Part shown: one piece after another, positions 1-9,301 of the stretch
Numbering within the stretch: the first letter of the stretch is position 1
Layout of the letters: each line of letters starts with the position of its first letter
Source: an uncultured Candidatus Saccharibacteria bacterium
Lineage (GTDB): Bacteria; Patescibacteriota; Minisyncoccia; Phycocordibacterales; DATDSR01
DNA length: 49,511 nucleotides
NCBI GenBank assembly: GCA_964348575.1
Contig: CAYGDD010000001.1
Coordinates: 1 to 49,511, forward strand
Direction of reading: 5' to 3'
Notes under the pieces: model-generated
The model's input: only the letters and a program-made list of their open reading frames with translations
What the model was told of the DNA's origin: nothing
Database searches by the model: none
Translations under genes and position numbers: made by a program

Positions 1-51
1 AGCATTCGACTGATACTCGAAAGGTCCTAGGTTCGATCCCTAGAGCGCGCA
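1..51 (+). tRNA. tRNA-Ile(GAU), 3' portion (5' part lies upstream of the window)
   Basis: Anticodon stem TTCGA(5-9)/TCGAA(17-21) around loop CTGATAC, with anticodon GAT at 12-14. Variable loop AGGTC. T-stem CTAGG(27-31)/CCTAG(39-43) with loop TTCGATC. Acceptor 3' strand AGCGCGC(44-50), discriminator A51. CCA is not encoded. Confidence 0.7.
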
Positions 52-55
52 CAAG

Positions 56-310
56 ATGACATATGTTGTTTATGTTTTGCGAGGTTCTGATAGCAGGCTA
101 TATAAGGGCATGACTAACAATTTAGAAAGAAGGTTAAGTGAGCACAAAAGAGGGCACACATTTGCAACGCGAACAATGAAAGAATTGGAAGTGGTCTACA
201 AGGAGGAGTACGATAGTGTGCTAGACGCCAGAAGAAGAGAGTTATTTTTAAAAACTGCATCTGGACGCAAGTTTATTAAGCGGATACTCGAAACCCGCCC
301 GAACGGCTGA
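56..310 (+). CDS. small GIY-YIG nuclease family protein (YhbQ/UPF0213-like, 84 aa)
   Basis: N-terminus YVVYVLRGSDSRLYKGMTNNLERRLSEHKRG matches the GIY-(10-11)-YxG plus R..H/E core of GIY-YIG domains. It starts 5 nt after the tRNA end. Confidence 0.85.
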   Translation: MTYVVYVLRGSDSRLYKGMTNNLERRLSEHKRGHTFATRTMKELEVVYKEEYDSVLDARRRELFLKTASGRKFIKRILETRPNG

Positions 311-392
311 ACATCCGCCCGAACGAATGTCCATTCGGACGGGCCGTTCAGTCGGGCGGGGGTCCTAGGTTCGATCCCTAGAGCGCGCACAA
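283..392 (+). repeat. second, incomplete copy of the tRNA-Ile 3' part, split by a 67-nt hairpin-forming insert
   Basis: 283-293 equals 12-22 (GATACTCGAAA) and 361-392 equals 23-54 (32/32 nt). Between them, 294-360 is self-complementary (CCCGCCCGAACGGC...GCCGTTCAGTCGGGCGGG with an inner CGAACGAATG/CATTCGGACG stem). No matching 5' acceptor strand (GCGCGCT) occurs upstream, so this is not a functional tRNA. Confidence 0.8.
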
Positions 393-617
393 ACAGTTAG
401 TTTGCTTAATTTTTGTGGAAAAGGTTCGTGCTTGACTGGGCTTTTTGACGTATACTTAATATATTGGCAGAGATGCGTCTGTGCTTTTAATGCTTGTATT
501 AAAGTGAAGAAAAAACTCTCAAACAAAATCATTGACATAAGGGTAAATAGCGGTCATCACAAGGAGGTGATCAAGCTCAAATCTGACACATTTATAGAGA
601 AGCTTGAACGCCTCTGG

Positions 618-2297
618 ATGGCCCTAGGGGTGATGACCCGTAGAGTAACCGTGTTTGTCCTCTTGTTTGCACTAGTTTTGGGTAGGTCGTACTTTGCAAG
701 TGCTAATACTGCTTATTTTTTCCCAAAAGCATGTTTGGGTGATTGGAAAAATGTTAGTGTACTTAGCCAAAAGTCTAATCCCTCGTATAGTGAGGGATTA
801 CTGGAAGGCGAGTATGCTTTTTTAAATCCTGGTGATGTGGGGAGATTTTTTTGTGGTAATTGGGAGGGTGCTATCCCAGAGGATTCTGAGGTGAAGGAAT
901 TAAAGCTAATCATCGACATTGCCATAGACGATCATCCAAGAGTCGAGATCATGCCGGCCTTGATTGAAAATTCTCAAACTACGCTTATAGAAGAAGGGTT
1001 GCAACAGATCTCGAGCTCTAGTCAGAGCACCACCTCATCTAACGCTCTGGAGAAGATTATGGATAGATTGAAAGAACCAGAAAATAGCTCGGCTCATGCG
1101 CCAGTCGAAGAGGATAAGCCAGAGGCAGAAGAGGAAAAGCCAATTAGCCTAAATGTAAGAAGCCTTTTCACTCGTATTGTGTTTGCCGAAGAGGTAGCCA
1201 AAGATGAGAAGCCTGATGAGGTTGCCCCAGCTCCATGGGTAGTGCCGGTAGAAGAGATTGTCAAGAAGACTGTGGAAGTGCCAGCAGAGAGTCCCACAGA
1301 GACGAGCGTAGATGCTGAGGTAGACCTCGATACAAACACGAACACAAATCCAGCCACGACCTCGGTAATAGAGCAAAAGCGCACATTAGAGACAGTAAAG
1401 AAAGTAAAGACTGAAAAAAAAGTTGAGAGTATAGAAGCTGGGGTGGTGGCGGGCACTTCTACAGTCCAGGAAGATGTTGCCTTAGGTGGGGGTGAGGCGG
1501 TAGAGGAGGTAGCTGAAGAGGTGGTGGATGCAACAGCCGAAGAGGTGATAATGGGCATAACAGACGGGGTTGTAGCCCCAGAGCAACTTATGACGGTGGC
1601 ATATTCCATTGACGGAGATAATTGGGTGGAGATTGCAACCTTAGACAGAAGCATGGTGGGGAGGCAGGAGTTGTCATTACCTCTTAACAGCTTTACTGAC
1701 TTACACAAGATGCAGATAAGCATACAAACAACTAAGGCTCTAAGTGTTATCGATACTGTGTATGTAAAGAACTTTTATCTAGCTGCTTCGTTTATAAGCA
1801 CGAAGAAGGTCAAAGAAGTGATGATTGATGGCAATGTTGAGTTAGAGCCTGTTGATCTTGAGCAAGTTTTATCCCATTTTGATTATTCACACATGGCAAA
1901 TAATGACCTAGGGCACGTGCTATCGGTGGCAAGTTCAGAGACTGCCGAGGATGCACTGTATCTTATTGACACAAAGACTAATAAGGCTTATAAAATGGTA
2001 CTAGATGTAAAACTAAGTGCAGGGATATCCATAAGATCGAAGGAGAGCAAATTTTATTGGGTAAGTGCAGGTAAGGGGACCTTAAACTCTTTCGATCCGC
2101 GTACTAATATGTTGAGGAAAAAGGGTTTAGCCCCTATTAATCCTTCGTTGGGTGAAACTGACACTGTCAGGATGGCAGATGATGACTTCGATGTTATTTG
2201 GATGGGGAGCGACCTATACTTCTACAGAGAGGACTGGGGCCAGGTGTTTGGGGACGATTTTGGTGACGTGACAGCTAAGCTCTTGGAGTTAAATTAG
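618..2297 (+). CDS. membrane-anchored acidic surface protein, unknown function (start uncertain; ORF is open from 402)
   Basis: ATG at 618 precedes the hydrophobic segment VTVFVLLFALVLG. A long E/V/A/P/T-rich low-complexity linker follows, then a C-terminal globular part. It lies directly upstream of the giant gene (stop 2295-2297, next ATG 2300). Confidence 0.55.
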   Translation: MALGVMTRRVTVFVLLFALVLGRSYFASANTAYFFPKACLGDWKNVSVLSQKSNPSYSEGLLEGEYAFLNPGDVGRFFCGNWEGAIPEDSEVKELKLIIDIAIDDHPRVEIMPALIENSQTTLIEEGLQQISSSSQSTTSSNALEKIMDRLKEPENSSAHAPVEEDKPEAEEEKPISLNVRSLFTRIVFAEEVAKDEKPDEVAPAPWVVPVEEIVKKTVEVPAESPTETSVDAEVDLDTNTNTNPATTSVIEQKRTLETVKKVKTEKKVESIEAGVVAGTSTVQEDVALGGGEAVEEVAEEVVDATAEEVIMGITDGVVAPEQLMTVAYSIDGDNWVEIATLDRSMVGRQELSLPLNSFTDLHKMQISIQTTKALSVIDTVYVKNFYLAASFISTKKVKEVMIDGNVELEPVDLEQVLSHFDYSHMANNDLGHVLSVASSETAEDALYLIDTKTNKAYKMVLDVKLSAGISIRSKESKFYWVSAGKGTLNSFDPRTNMLRKKGLAPINPSLGETDTVRMADDDFDVIWMGSDLYFYREDWGQVFGDDFGDVTAKLLELN

Positions 2298-2299
2298 GC

Positions 2300-5200
2300 A
2301 TGCTAAGAAAGTTATACAAAGCAAGCAGTAAGGTAAAGAAAGTCTACAAAGTAGGAGGTATTTTTCTGCTAGCTTTTGTATTGCTGACCACTACGTATTG
2401 GCCGAACTTGTTTGGTGAGAAGTCCCAAACCGCAGAGGCCTCGCTTACCTCCACGGATAACCAATACGCGATCTCAATAGGCCCAATTGCGGGCAACACC
2501 GGTGCCAACTATGCCTTTGCCACTTTATTTAACCCAAGTGGTTCGGGTAAAACTGCCGTGGTAACAAGAATCCGCATAGGCGTGGATAATATTGCAGCAG
2601 CAAATTATGTGGGTATGACAATTAGGCGAATTTCAAGTGCTTCTGCGGGTACGCAGATTGTCGCAGGGGACATTCCAAAGAAAAACAAATACAGTCCCAA
2701 CTCTATCATGGAAGTGCGACACACAAACGTGACTGTGGGCTTAAGTGGGAGTGTGGACTCAAGAATAAGTTCCCTAACCGCGCCCGGAGCAGTGGGAGCA
2801 TATATAGGCAAGGATGAGCTTGTTTTTGGAGACAACGAAAAGTTAATTCTACAACCAGGGGAAGGAGTAACCCTGTATCAGGAAGCGGCTGGTAACACAA
2901 ATCATGTAGTGCGCCTTACAGTCACTTGGCATGAACAAACCTCTGCTCCCTCTGCGGGCAATGAGTATATGATCTCTATGCCTAAAGTAGAGCTAGCCCT
3001 AACTGCGGGTATGGTTAGTAACGCCTTCTTTAACCCCCTAACTTCAGGCAAGGTCGCTAAGATTAAGAGGTTGAGCATAGATGTAGACTATGACGCGGCG
3101 GCCATATATACAAATCAATTTGCTATTTACAGAATTACCACATCGACCAATGGGACCCTTCTTTCGGCGGTCAACATCCCCAAGAAGCATTCTAGTACAG
3201 GAGATACGGCCATGCAGTTACGCTATACTACGGGTACTACAGGTTCTACTTTTGTTACCGTGACCCAAGTGGGAGGAGCGGATGCCAAGTTGATGAATGT
3301 TGCCCCCGGAGCGGTGGCCGGCCAACCACATTCGCATATGGAGTTCGTCTTTGATTCGGACGATGAATATCTAATAATCAAGCCCGGTGAGGGTATTGCA
3401 CTTACGAACTTAGATATTACCGCTGATGTTGATCAGATAAATCGTATGTCAATTGTTTGGGAGGAGGTGGCAGTGGCCAGTGGGCCTACAGCTGTAGATG
3501 AGTATATGATGAGTGTAGGCAAGGTTAACGGTAATACTACTAATCCATATAATTATATAACGATCTTTAATCCAGGTGGTTCCGGCAAGAATGCTATTGT
3601 GAAGCGCTTGGGGATTAGAGTGGATGCGGCCGCGGCCGCTGTGTATATACCTATGTCTGTTTTTCGAATTACAACAGCCTCTGCGGGGACTCTTGTCAGT
3701 TCGGCTGATATACCTAAGAAACATGCCAGCAGTAGTACGCCTGTGGTTGAGATAAGGCATACAAATGTCACGGCTACGTTGGCAGGGGGAACAGATTCGA
3801 AAATTATGGATATTACTACCCCAGGGGCGGTGGGGCAACTCATTGGTCACGAGGATTTAGTATTTGAAAATGCAGAAGATATGATTCTCCAACCGGGAGA
3901 GGGCTTGGTGCTAAGGCAGACTGGAGTGGGCGACATAGACTTTAGAGTCAAGCTTCTACTCGAATGGAAGGAACAAGCCACCTTACCAACCCCCTTAAAT
4001 CAATATGTGATCTCTGCAGGGCCAATAACTGGTAGTGCAACCAACCCGTACAACTATATTTCCTTTTTCAACACGAGTGGTTCGGGTAAAGTCATGGTGG
4101 TTAACCGGGTGGCCTTGCGCATAGACGCCGCCGCGGCCGCGGTGTATGTCCCTATTTTTATTAGGAGGACAAGCTCACATTCTGCGGGTACCCTTATTGC
4201 GGCCTCGGACATACCCAAGAAGCATGCTAGTTCTAGCAACTCTGTGATGAGTATTCGGCATACCAATGTCACGGCGGGCTTGGTGGGGAACTCCGATTCT
4301 AATCTGACTTCAGTGATCACCCCTGGAGCAGTGGGTTCAGCTGCCGCTCCTCAGATCTCTGGCTACGATGAATTCATTTATAATACTAATGATAAGATTA
4401 TACTAAGGGAGGGTGAGGGCTTTGTGGTGAGGCAAGAGGCGGTAGGTAGCACGGGTCTTAGAGTCAAGCTCTTGGTCGAGTGGGATGAGGAAAACACGGC
4501 CCCCGCAAGCAAGGACGAATATATTGCCTCGATTGGCCCAGTTGCGGGCAATACAGGCGAAATGTATACATATGCTTCGATATATAACCCCGCGGGTTCG
4601 GGTAAGGCCCTTGTGCTTAAGCGCCTGGGCTTAGATATGGCTCTTGTGGCGGCAGGTGTGTATGGGCCAATGACAATTGCAAAAATGAGCAACGCAACGG
4701 GCGGTACTCTGGTTGACAACGCAAATGTTTTGAAGAAAGACACAACCTCGGGAACGCCTATCGCAGAACTTAGGCATACGGGAGTCTCTACAAGTTCTAT
4801 TTGGAGTAGCTCCTCTCGTATTATGGGTAGAACCTCACCAGCAGTGCTTGGTCAAGGATTCGGCTTCAGTGAGGTTGTCTTTGCCAATGATCACCAGTTG
4901 GTTTTGTATGAGGGCGAGGGGTTGGCTCTGTATCACGAGCTTGCCCAAGACGGCGATCTTAGATCTAGGATGAGCGTAGTCTGGTTGGAGGTGGTGCCAC
5001 CACCCTCGGTGAGCATCTCTAGTGCTTATGACGAGATCTTTAACTACGGCGGAGTCGCCTCTACCTCGGCCTTGCTAACCGTTACCGACATAGATGGGGT
5101 ACTTACTACCACCAACAAACTCCGCATACCCATAGCCACTTCGAGTATTAACATGCTTTGGGACACTAGTATCACCACTCCCTCATACGGTGGCACTGGC

Positions 5201-7237
5201 TCAGGCAACGTCACTAATCCTGTGACATATGAGGGCGGGGGTTCAGTAGCCGTTATAAATGTAACCACCAACTTTAGTGCTGGTCAGACCCTTACGATAT
5301 CGGGTCTTAAACTCAAGAGCTTCAACACCGCTACTTCCTCCACCCCCGCTTACCTTGGTATCTTCGCCGATGGAGCTACCGATCAATCCCTTAATGCCAC
5401 CACCACCCAGTCTGCCGCCATAAAAGGTACCCTTTTCTTGGGTAATCACACTGCCGGTCAAGTAATTGACCAGTGGGACACCCAGACCCCAACCACATCA
5501 GTGCATTATCGCTTTGGCCTAGGGGCTTCGGGTGAGAGTATTAGTATCGCGACTACTACTATTTCCCTCTCTAGTATCACAGGTATTGATACTTCTAACT
5601 TTAGCTTCGCCCGTCTCTATTTTGATGCCAATAACGACGGCTATGCAGGTGCTTCTACCACAGCTAAGGCTTATCTACGGCCAAACTTTAACAAAAATAC
5701 CGGCTTGTCCGCATTTGGTTGTGCCATTAACTATCTATGTGTAGATGAGGATACCACCGATGACGACAGCACATTCGTTAACACAGCTGCTACCCTTACC
5801 ACCGATGAGACTTATACACTTGTGAACTCTACCACCACAGGTCATATCTCCAATGTAAGAGTGGTTAACCGGATGGGCTTAAATGGTGGGACTAACTACA
5901 CAGCCAACATCAGACATATGCTCAACATAAACGCCGTAAACTATAAATCCAACGCCACTACGAGTATCACCACTACAGGTTATCAAAATTATTCTTATGA
6001 TTGGGTTGTTAACCCAGCTACCGGCCTAGCTTGGCAATGGAAGGACTTGGATAACTTATCCTCGGGCATCTTCTTTGTAGGTATTGCGGGGACGAATTCA
6101 TTCAGATTTACCCAATCGTACGTGGAGGTTACTTATTGTACTGGGGATTGTCAGATAGGCTATGACGGCACGGTCTTTATCTCTGGTGGAAGTGGGTACA
6201 TAAATTTTGCCACCTCTTCTGCCTACTACGCAAACTCTACTGGAGCCACGGCCACTACGAGCCTGCTTGCTGTGCTTTCTATGACTGGCTTGGTGTCTGC
6301 CGACACTATGACTATGAGCTTTGCTTCAACTCAAGCTAGCTCCACCGGTGCCACAAGCACCAAGACAATTACTCCCACGGGCTCGGCCAGTAATATTACT
6401 CATACATTTGATATCAGCAATACCGCACCAGCTATTACCAACCATACATTCAATTCAGGTAACGCTATCAATCTCATAGAGGGTACCTATAAATGGGCCA
6501 CCAGCACTATGCTTATTACTGATGACCAGTTCTGCACCTCTATCACCAGCGTAACAGCCAAGGCCTACCTCGCTTCTACCACTAACTCGGGCACCCTCTG
6601 TGCCGAGAACGACCTTAACTGCTACATAGGCGTAGGCTCTACCACGGCAGTATCCAATTGCGTAGCCACCACTACGGGTGATACTTGCGGAGCTTCCGAT
6701 ACTACAGTGGAGTACGACTGTGGCTTCAAATTCTGGTATAACACTACACCCACCGACACGGGCTCATGGGCCTCTAGTATCTGGAGTGTCTCGGCCACGG
6801 CCACCGACTCGGGCGCCCTTACCGGCACAGCTACTAACACCAGTCAGTTAGTGGAGATTAACACTCTCTCGGCCTTTAGCATCAGCCCTACCACTATAAG
6901 TTATGGTTCGCTGGACCCTGGCACAGACTCCGGCTCGGTTAACGCCACTACCACTATCACCAATACTGGTAATAGCGATGTAGACCCTAGGCTGTCGGGC
7001 ACCGATATGACCTCTGGCCCTAACACTATCTTGGTAGGCCAGCAACAATATTTGGGTCTGCCCTTCATATACGGTGCGGGCACACCTCTTAGCGCGGTGG
7101 CGACCTTGCTTAACTTGCTCTTGCCTGCTCCAACTTCTACCACTACGCCCGTGCTTGACTACGTGTCTTGGGGCTTAGGCGTACCAGCCGGTAAACCGGC
7201 CGGTTCGTACACGGGTACTAACACAATACAGATATAA
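2300..7237 (+). CDS. giant surface protein (1645 aa): N-terminal TM anchor, 5 tandem ~170-aa modules, S/T-rich region, Cys-containing C-terminal region
   Basis: Uninterrupted 4.9-kb ORF. N-terminal hydrophobic helix GGIFLLAFVLLTTTYW. Internal repeats are visible in translation. The C-terminal ~270 aa is paralogous to the next gene. Confidence 0.85.
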   Translation: MLRKLYKASSKVKKVYKVGGIFLLAFVLLTTTYWPNLFGEKSQTAEASLTSTDNQYAISIGPIAGNTGANYAFATLFNPSGSGKTAVVTRIRIGVDNIAAANYVGMTIRRISSASAGTQIVAGDIPKKNKYSPNSIMEVRHTNVTVGLSGSVDSRISSLTAPGAVGAYIGKDELVFGDNEKLILQPGEGVTLYQEAAGNTNHVVRLTVTWHEQTSAPSAGNEYMISMPKVELALTAGMVSNAFFNPLTSGKVAKIKRLSIDVDYDAAAIYTNQFAIYRITTSTNGTLLSAVNIPKKHSSTGDTAMQLRYTTGTTGSTFVTVTQVGGADAKLMNVAPGAVAGQPHSHMEFVFDSDDEYLIIKPGEGIALTNLDITADVDQINRMSIVWEEVAVASGPTAVDEYMMSVGKVNGNTTNPYNYITIFNPGGSGKNAIVKRLGIRVDAAAAAVYIPMSVFRITTASAGTLVSSADIPKKHASSSTPVVEIRHTNVTATLAGGTDSKIMDITTPGAVGQLIGHEDLVFENAEDMILQPGEGLVLRQTGVGDIDFRVKLLLEWKEQATLPTPLNQYVISAGPITGSATNPYNYISFFNTSGSGKVMVVNRVALRIDAAAAAVYVPIFIRRTSSHSAGTLIAASDIPKKHASSSNSVMSIRHTNVTAGLVGNSDSNLTSVITPGAVGSAAAPQISGYDEFIYNTNDKIILREGEGFVVRQEAVGSTGLRVKLLVEWDEENTAPASKDEYIASIGPVAGNTGEMYTYASIYNPAGSGKALVLKRLGLDMALVAAGVYGPMTIAKMSNATGGTLVDNANVLKKDTTSGTPIAELRHTGVSTSSIWSSSSRIMGRTSPAVLGQGFGFSEVVFANDHQLVLYEGEGLALYHELAQDGDLRSRMSVVWLEVVPPPSVSISSAYDEIFNYGGVASTSALLTVTDIDGVLTTTNKLRIPIATSSINMLWDTSITTPSYGGTGSGNVTNPVTYEGGGSVAVINVTTNFSAGQTLTISGLKLKSFNTATSSTPAYLGIFADGATDQSLNATTTQSAAIKGTLFLGNHTAGQVIDQWDTQTPTTSVHYRFGLGASGESISIATTTISLSSITGIDTSNFSFARLYFDANNDGYAGASTTAKAYLRPNFNKNTGLSAFGCAINYLCVDEDTTDDDSTFVNTAATLTTDETYTLVNSTTTGHISNVRVVNRMGLNGGTNYTANIRHMLNINAVNYKSNATTSITTTGYQNYSYDWVVNPATGLAWQWKDLDNLSSGIFFVGIAGTNSFRFTQSYVEVTYCTGDCQIGYDGTVFISGGSGYINFATSSAYYANSTGATATTSLLAVLSMTGLVSADTMTMSFASTQASSTGATSTKTITPTGSASNITHTFDISNTAPAITNHTFNSGNAINLIEGTYKWATSTMLITDDQFCTSITSVTAKAYLASTTNSGTLCAENDLNCYIGVGSTTAVSNCVATTTGDTCGASDTTVEYDCGFKFWYNTTPTDTGSWASSIWSVSATATDSGALTGTATNTSQLVEINTLSAFSISPTTISYGSLDPGTDSGSVNATTTITNTGNSDVDPRLSGTDMTSGPNTILVGQQQYLGLPFIYGAGTPLSAVATLLNLLLPAPTSTTTPVLDYVSWGLGVPAGKPAGSYTGTNTIQI
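2456..5008 (+). repeat. five tandem coding repeats (504, 537, 501, 516, 495 nt) inside the giant gene
   Basis: Module starts are at 2456 (DNQYAISIGP), 2960 (NEYMISMPK), 3497 (DEYMMSVGK), 3998 (NQYVISAGP) and 4514 (DEYIASIGP). Recurrent motifs are FNPxGSGK, DAAAAAVY, SAGTL, DIPKKHxSS, RHTNVT, PGAVG, ILxPGEG and RVKLLxEW. Confidence 0.9.
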
Positions 7238-7256
7238 CGGGCTGGGGATAACAATA

Positions 7257-7285
7257 GTGACGTCTAGGCCAAAAGTGAGTATAAT
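7257..7285 (+). promoter_or_regulatory. candidate sigma70-type promoter for the 7357 gene
   Basis: GTGACG (7257-7262), a 17-nt spacer, then TATAAT (7280-7285) in the 119-nt intergenic gap. Confidence 0.35.
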
Positions 7286-7356
7286 TAGAATCAAATTATG
7301 TTTTGGATTCTGAGTTATTATTAAGAACAGGATGTTGAAGTATAAAGTTAAATATA

Positions 7357-8331
7357 ATGACGAGATATAATTATTCGCAGTCCCTAATTGCCTTCGCTAT
7401 TTTTGCAGTTGGACTTTTCGTTTTTGTCTCTGTGGTAATCGCGGATGTGGCCAACACAAGTGTCTCTGTGGGCAATGCCGCTCCTACCATCTCCGTTAAC
7501 TTTAATGGGGGTAATGCCATCACTCTTAACGAAGCCACATATGCTTACGCCACTGCCACTCTTACTATTACAGACGCTAACGGTTGTAACAGTATTAACT
7601 ACGTTAAGGCGACAGCCTTCCTAGCCTCTACCTCCGCCCCTGCCAGTACCATATGTACTGGTAATGATAACAATTGCTATCCTACCTCGTCGTCTACTGC
7701 AAGTTATCCAGCTTTATCCGACGCGGTGTGTTTGGCTACTACCACAGGTAATCAATGTACGGGTGGTCTAGATACTTCTGTAGTCTATGACTGTGGCTTT
7801 AAGCTCTGGTTCATTGCCGAGGCCACCGACGCCAGCGCCCCTTCTTGGGCCTCTAGCATCTGGGCCGTGGCCGCCTCTACCTCTGATGGTCTTGCCTCTA
7901 CTACAGCTTCTAATACTAACCAAACAGTAGAGATTAATACTCTCGCCGCTCTAGATCTTACGGGTACGCTTGCCTACGGTTCGGTATCAGCCGGCACCAA
8001 CACCGGTAGCACCAACTCCACCACCACCGCCACCACCACTGGCAACATAGCTATTGACGCTCAAGTATATGGTAATGCCTCGTATATGGAATCTGGAGCT
8101 AACACACTCCATATCGCAAGGCAGAAGTATCAGGCCACGCCCTTTATCTATAGTTCGGCTGGAGTACACTTAACTTCTACCACTACGCCCAACCTAGAGT
8201 TCGCCAGTGTTAAGACATTAAGTACCACTTCAGTAGAAACGCAATTAGTCTCTTGGGGTATAGCTATTGAGTCTGGTCAGGCTAACGGTACCTACACGGG
8301 CTCCAGTACCCTCGCAGCCGTAGCCGACTAG
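7357..8331 (+). CDS. secreted or anchored protein paralogous to the C-terminal region of the giant protein (324 aa)
   Basis: N-terminal hydrophobic segment LIAFAIFAVGLFVFVSVVIA. It aligns by eye with giant-protein residues from about APAITNHTFNSGNAINL onwards. Six Cys are conserved and shared motifs include VxYDCGFKxW, SWASSIW, VEINTL and VSWG(I/L). Confidence 0.8.
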   Translation: MTRYNYSQSLIAFAIFAVGLFVFVSVVIADVANTSVSVGNAAPTISVNFNGGNAITLNEATYAYATATLTITDANGCNSINYVKATAFLASTSAPASTICTGNDNNCYPTSSSTASYPALSDAVCLATTTGNQCTGGLDTSVVYDCGFKLWFIAEATDASAPSWASSIWAVAASTSDGLASTTASNTNQTVEINTLAALDLTGTLAYGSVSAGTNTGSTNSTTTATTTGNIAIDAQVYGNASYMESGANTLHIARQKYQATPFIYSSAGVHLTSTTTPNLEFASVKTLSTTSVETQLVSWGIAIESGQANGTYTGSSTLAAVAD

Positions 8332-8401
8332 TCCTAATTGAGCACAGAGGGGAGAGGAGGGTTCTTTACTTATCTAGTAAAATTGGATACAGTTTAGTTT
8401 A

Positions 8402-9301
8402 ATGATACATAACTACCTAAGGCTATATGCGGGTACCCTCTTATTGGTGCTAACCTTCTTGGCTCCAGGGGTAGTGTCTGCGGGCTTCGGCGTCTCACCT
8501 GCCAAAATTATTGAGACCCGTCTAGTCAAAGGCTCTGTGCTAGACCGGGTGGTATACTTCGTCCAAGGTACACCAGACGCGGACTTGGCCATTACATTGT
8601 CTGTTGATGACGGTGAGATCGGTAGTTGGATAAGTATTACTCCCACAGACAATGTCATAATACCTAAGGGTATCCAACAGTTTCCGGTTACCATTAGGAT
8701 TACAGTGCCTCGCGACGCCAAGACTGGTATATATAAGGGCTTTATTCGCGCCTCGGCAAGACCAGTTGAGACATTAGAGCAAGGTTCTGGTTCTGGTGTG
8801 AGTATTGTGGCTGGGGCTGTAGCCACCATAGAGCTCACAGTTGGAGAGGGCGTGTATTATGAGTACGTCATTAGGAATCTAGACCTCAAGAATATCAAAG
8901 AACATCAGTCGCCTTCCGTTGACCTATCTATAGAGAATAAGGGCAATGTGCCCGCCGGCCCGGCCGAGGCTTCGTTTGAATTGTTTAACAAGTATGGGGA
9001 CGTACGTCTTGCCTATGTGCAGGGAGTTAAGATTGCTAGACTTGAACCCTTTATAACCAAGACTGTAAATGTAGAGTTCCCCCTGCCTCTTAGGCTCTCT
9101 GTGGGTGAGTACTGGGGCTTGGTTAGAGTTTATAACGACAGTGGCGGGACAGTGCGTGAGTTTAAGGGAGTATTTAACGTAACCAAGTCCACCTTCTTAG
9201 ACAAATACAGCCAGATGATAAGTATGGGCTTGGGCATCCTTTTGTTATTAGTGTTCCTACTGTTTATTCTTAAGAGGATAAGAAATAGGTCTAAGAAATG
9301 A
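8402..9301 (+). CDS. signal peptide + two beta-sandwich-like domains + C-terminal TM anchor (architecture resembles DUF916/DUF3324 or CARDB/NEW3)
   Basis: Signal-like LLLVLTFLAPGVVSA followed by GFGVSP. The second half contains a CARDB-like stretch (VDLSIENKGNVPAGPAEASFELFN). C-terminal TM MGLGILLLLVFLLFIL is followed by the basic tail KRIRNRSKK. Confidence 0.6.
   Translation: MIHNYLRLYAGTLLLVLTFLAPGVVSAGFGVSPAKIIETRLVKGSVLDRVVYFVQGTPDADLAITLSVDDGEIGSWISITPTDNVIIPKGIQQFPVTIRITVPRDAKTGIYKGFIRASARPVETLEQGSGSGVSIVAGAVATIELTVGEGVYYEYVIRNLDLKNIKEHQSPSVDLSIENKGNVPAGPAEASFELFNKYGDVRLAYVQGVKIARLEPFITKTVNVEFPLPLRLSVGEYWGLVRVYNDSGGTVREFKGVFNVTKSTFLDKYSQMISMGLGILLLLVFLLFILKRIRNRSKK

Noticed and set aside
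196-390. 64-aa minus-strand ORF across the GIY-YIG 3' end and the tRNA-like repeat
   Set aside because: It lies antisense to a well-supported GIY-YIG gene and runs through tRNA-derived and hairpin sequence. It has no start context. I treat it as a shadow ORF.
1-392. Group I intron carrying a homing endonuclease inside the tRNA
   Set aside because: Copy 1 of the tRNA runs uninterrupted from the anticodon arm to the acceptor end before the nuclease gene starts, so the gene is downstream of the tRNA rather than within it. I could not identify intron core pairings by eye.
713-7143. Numerous antisense or off-frame ORFs inside the 402-7237 genes (e.g. 1094-1723-, 3449-3850-, 4378-4743-, 6901-7143-)
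   Set aside because: All are embedded in two long, repeat-structured sense ORFs. Their translations are low-complexity mirror images (S/T/A/P-rich) without start signals.
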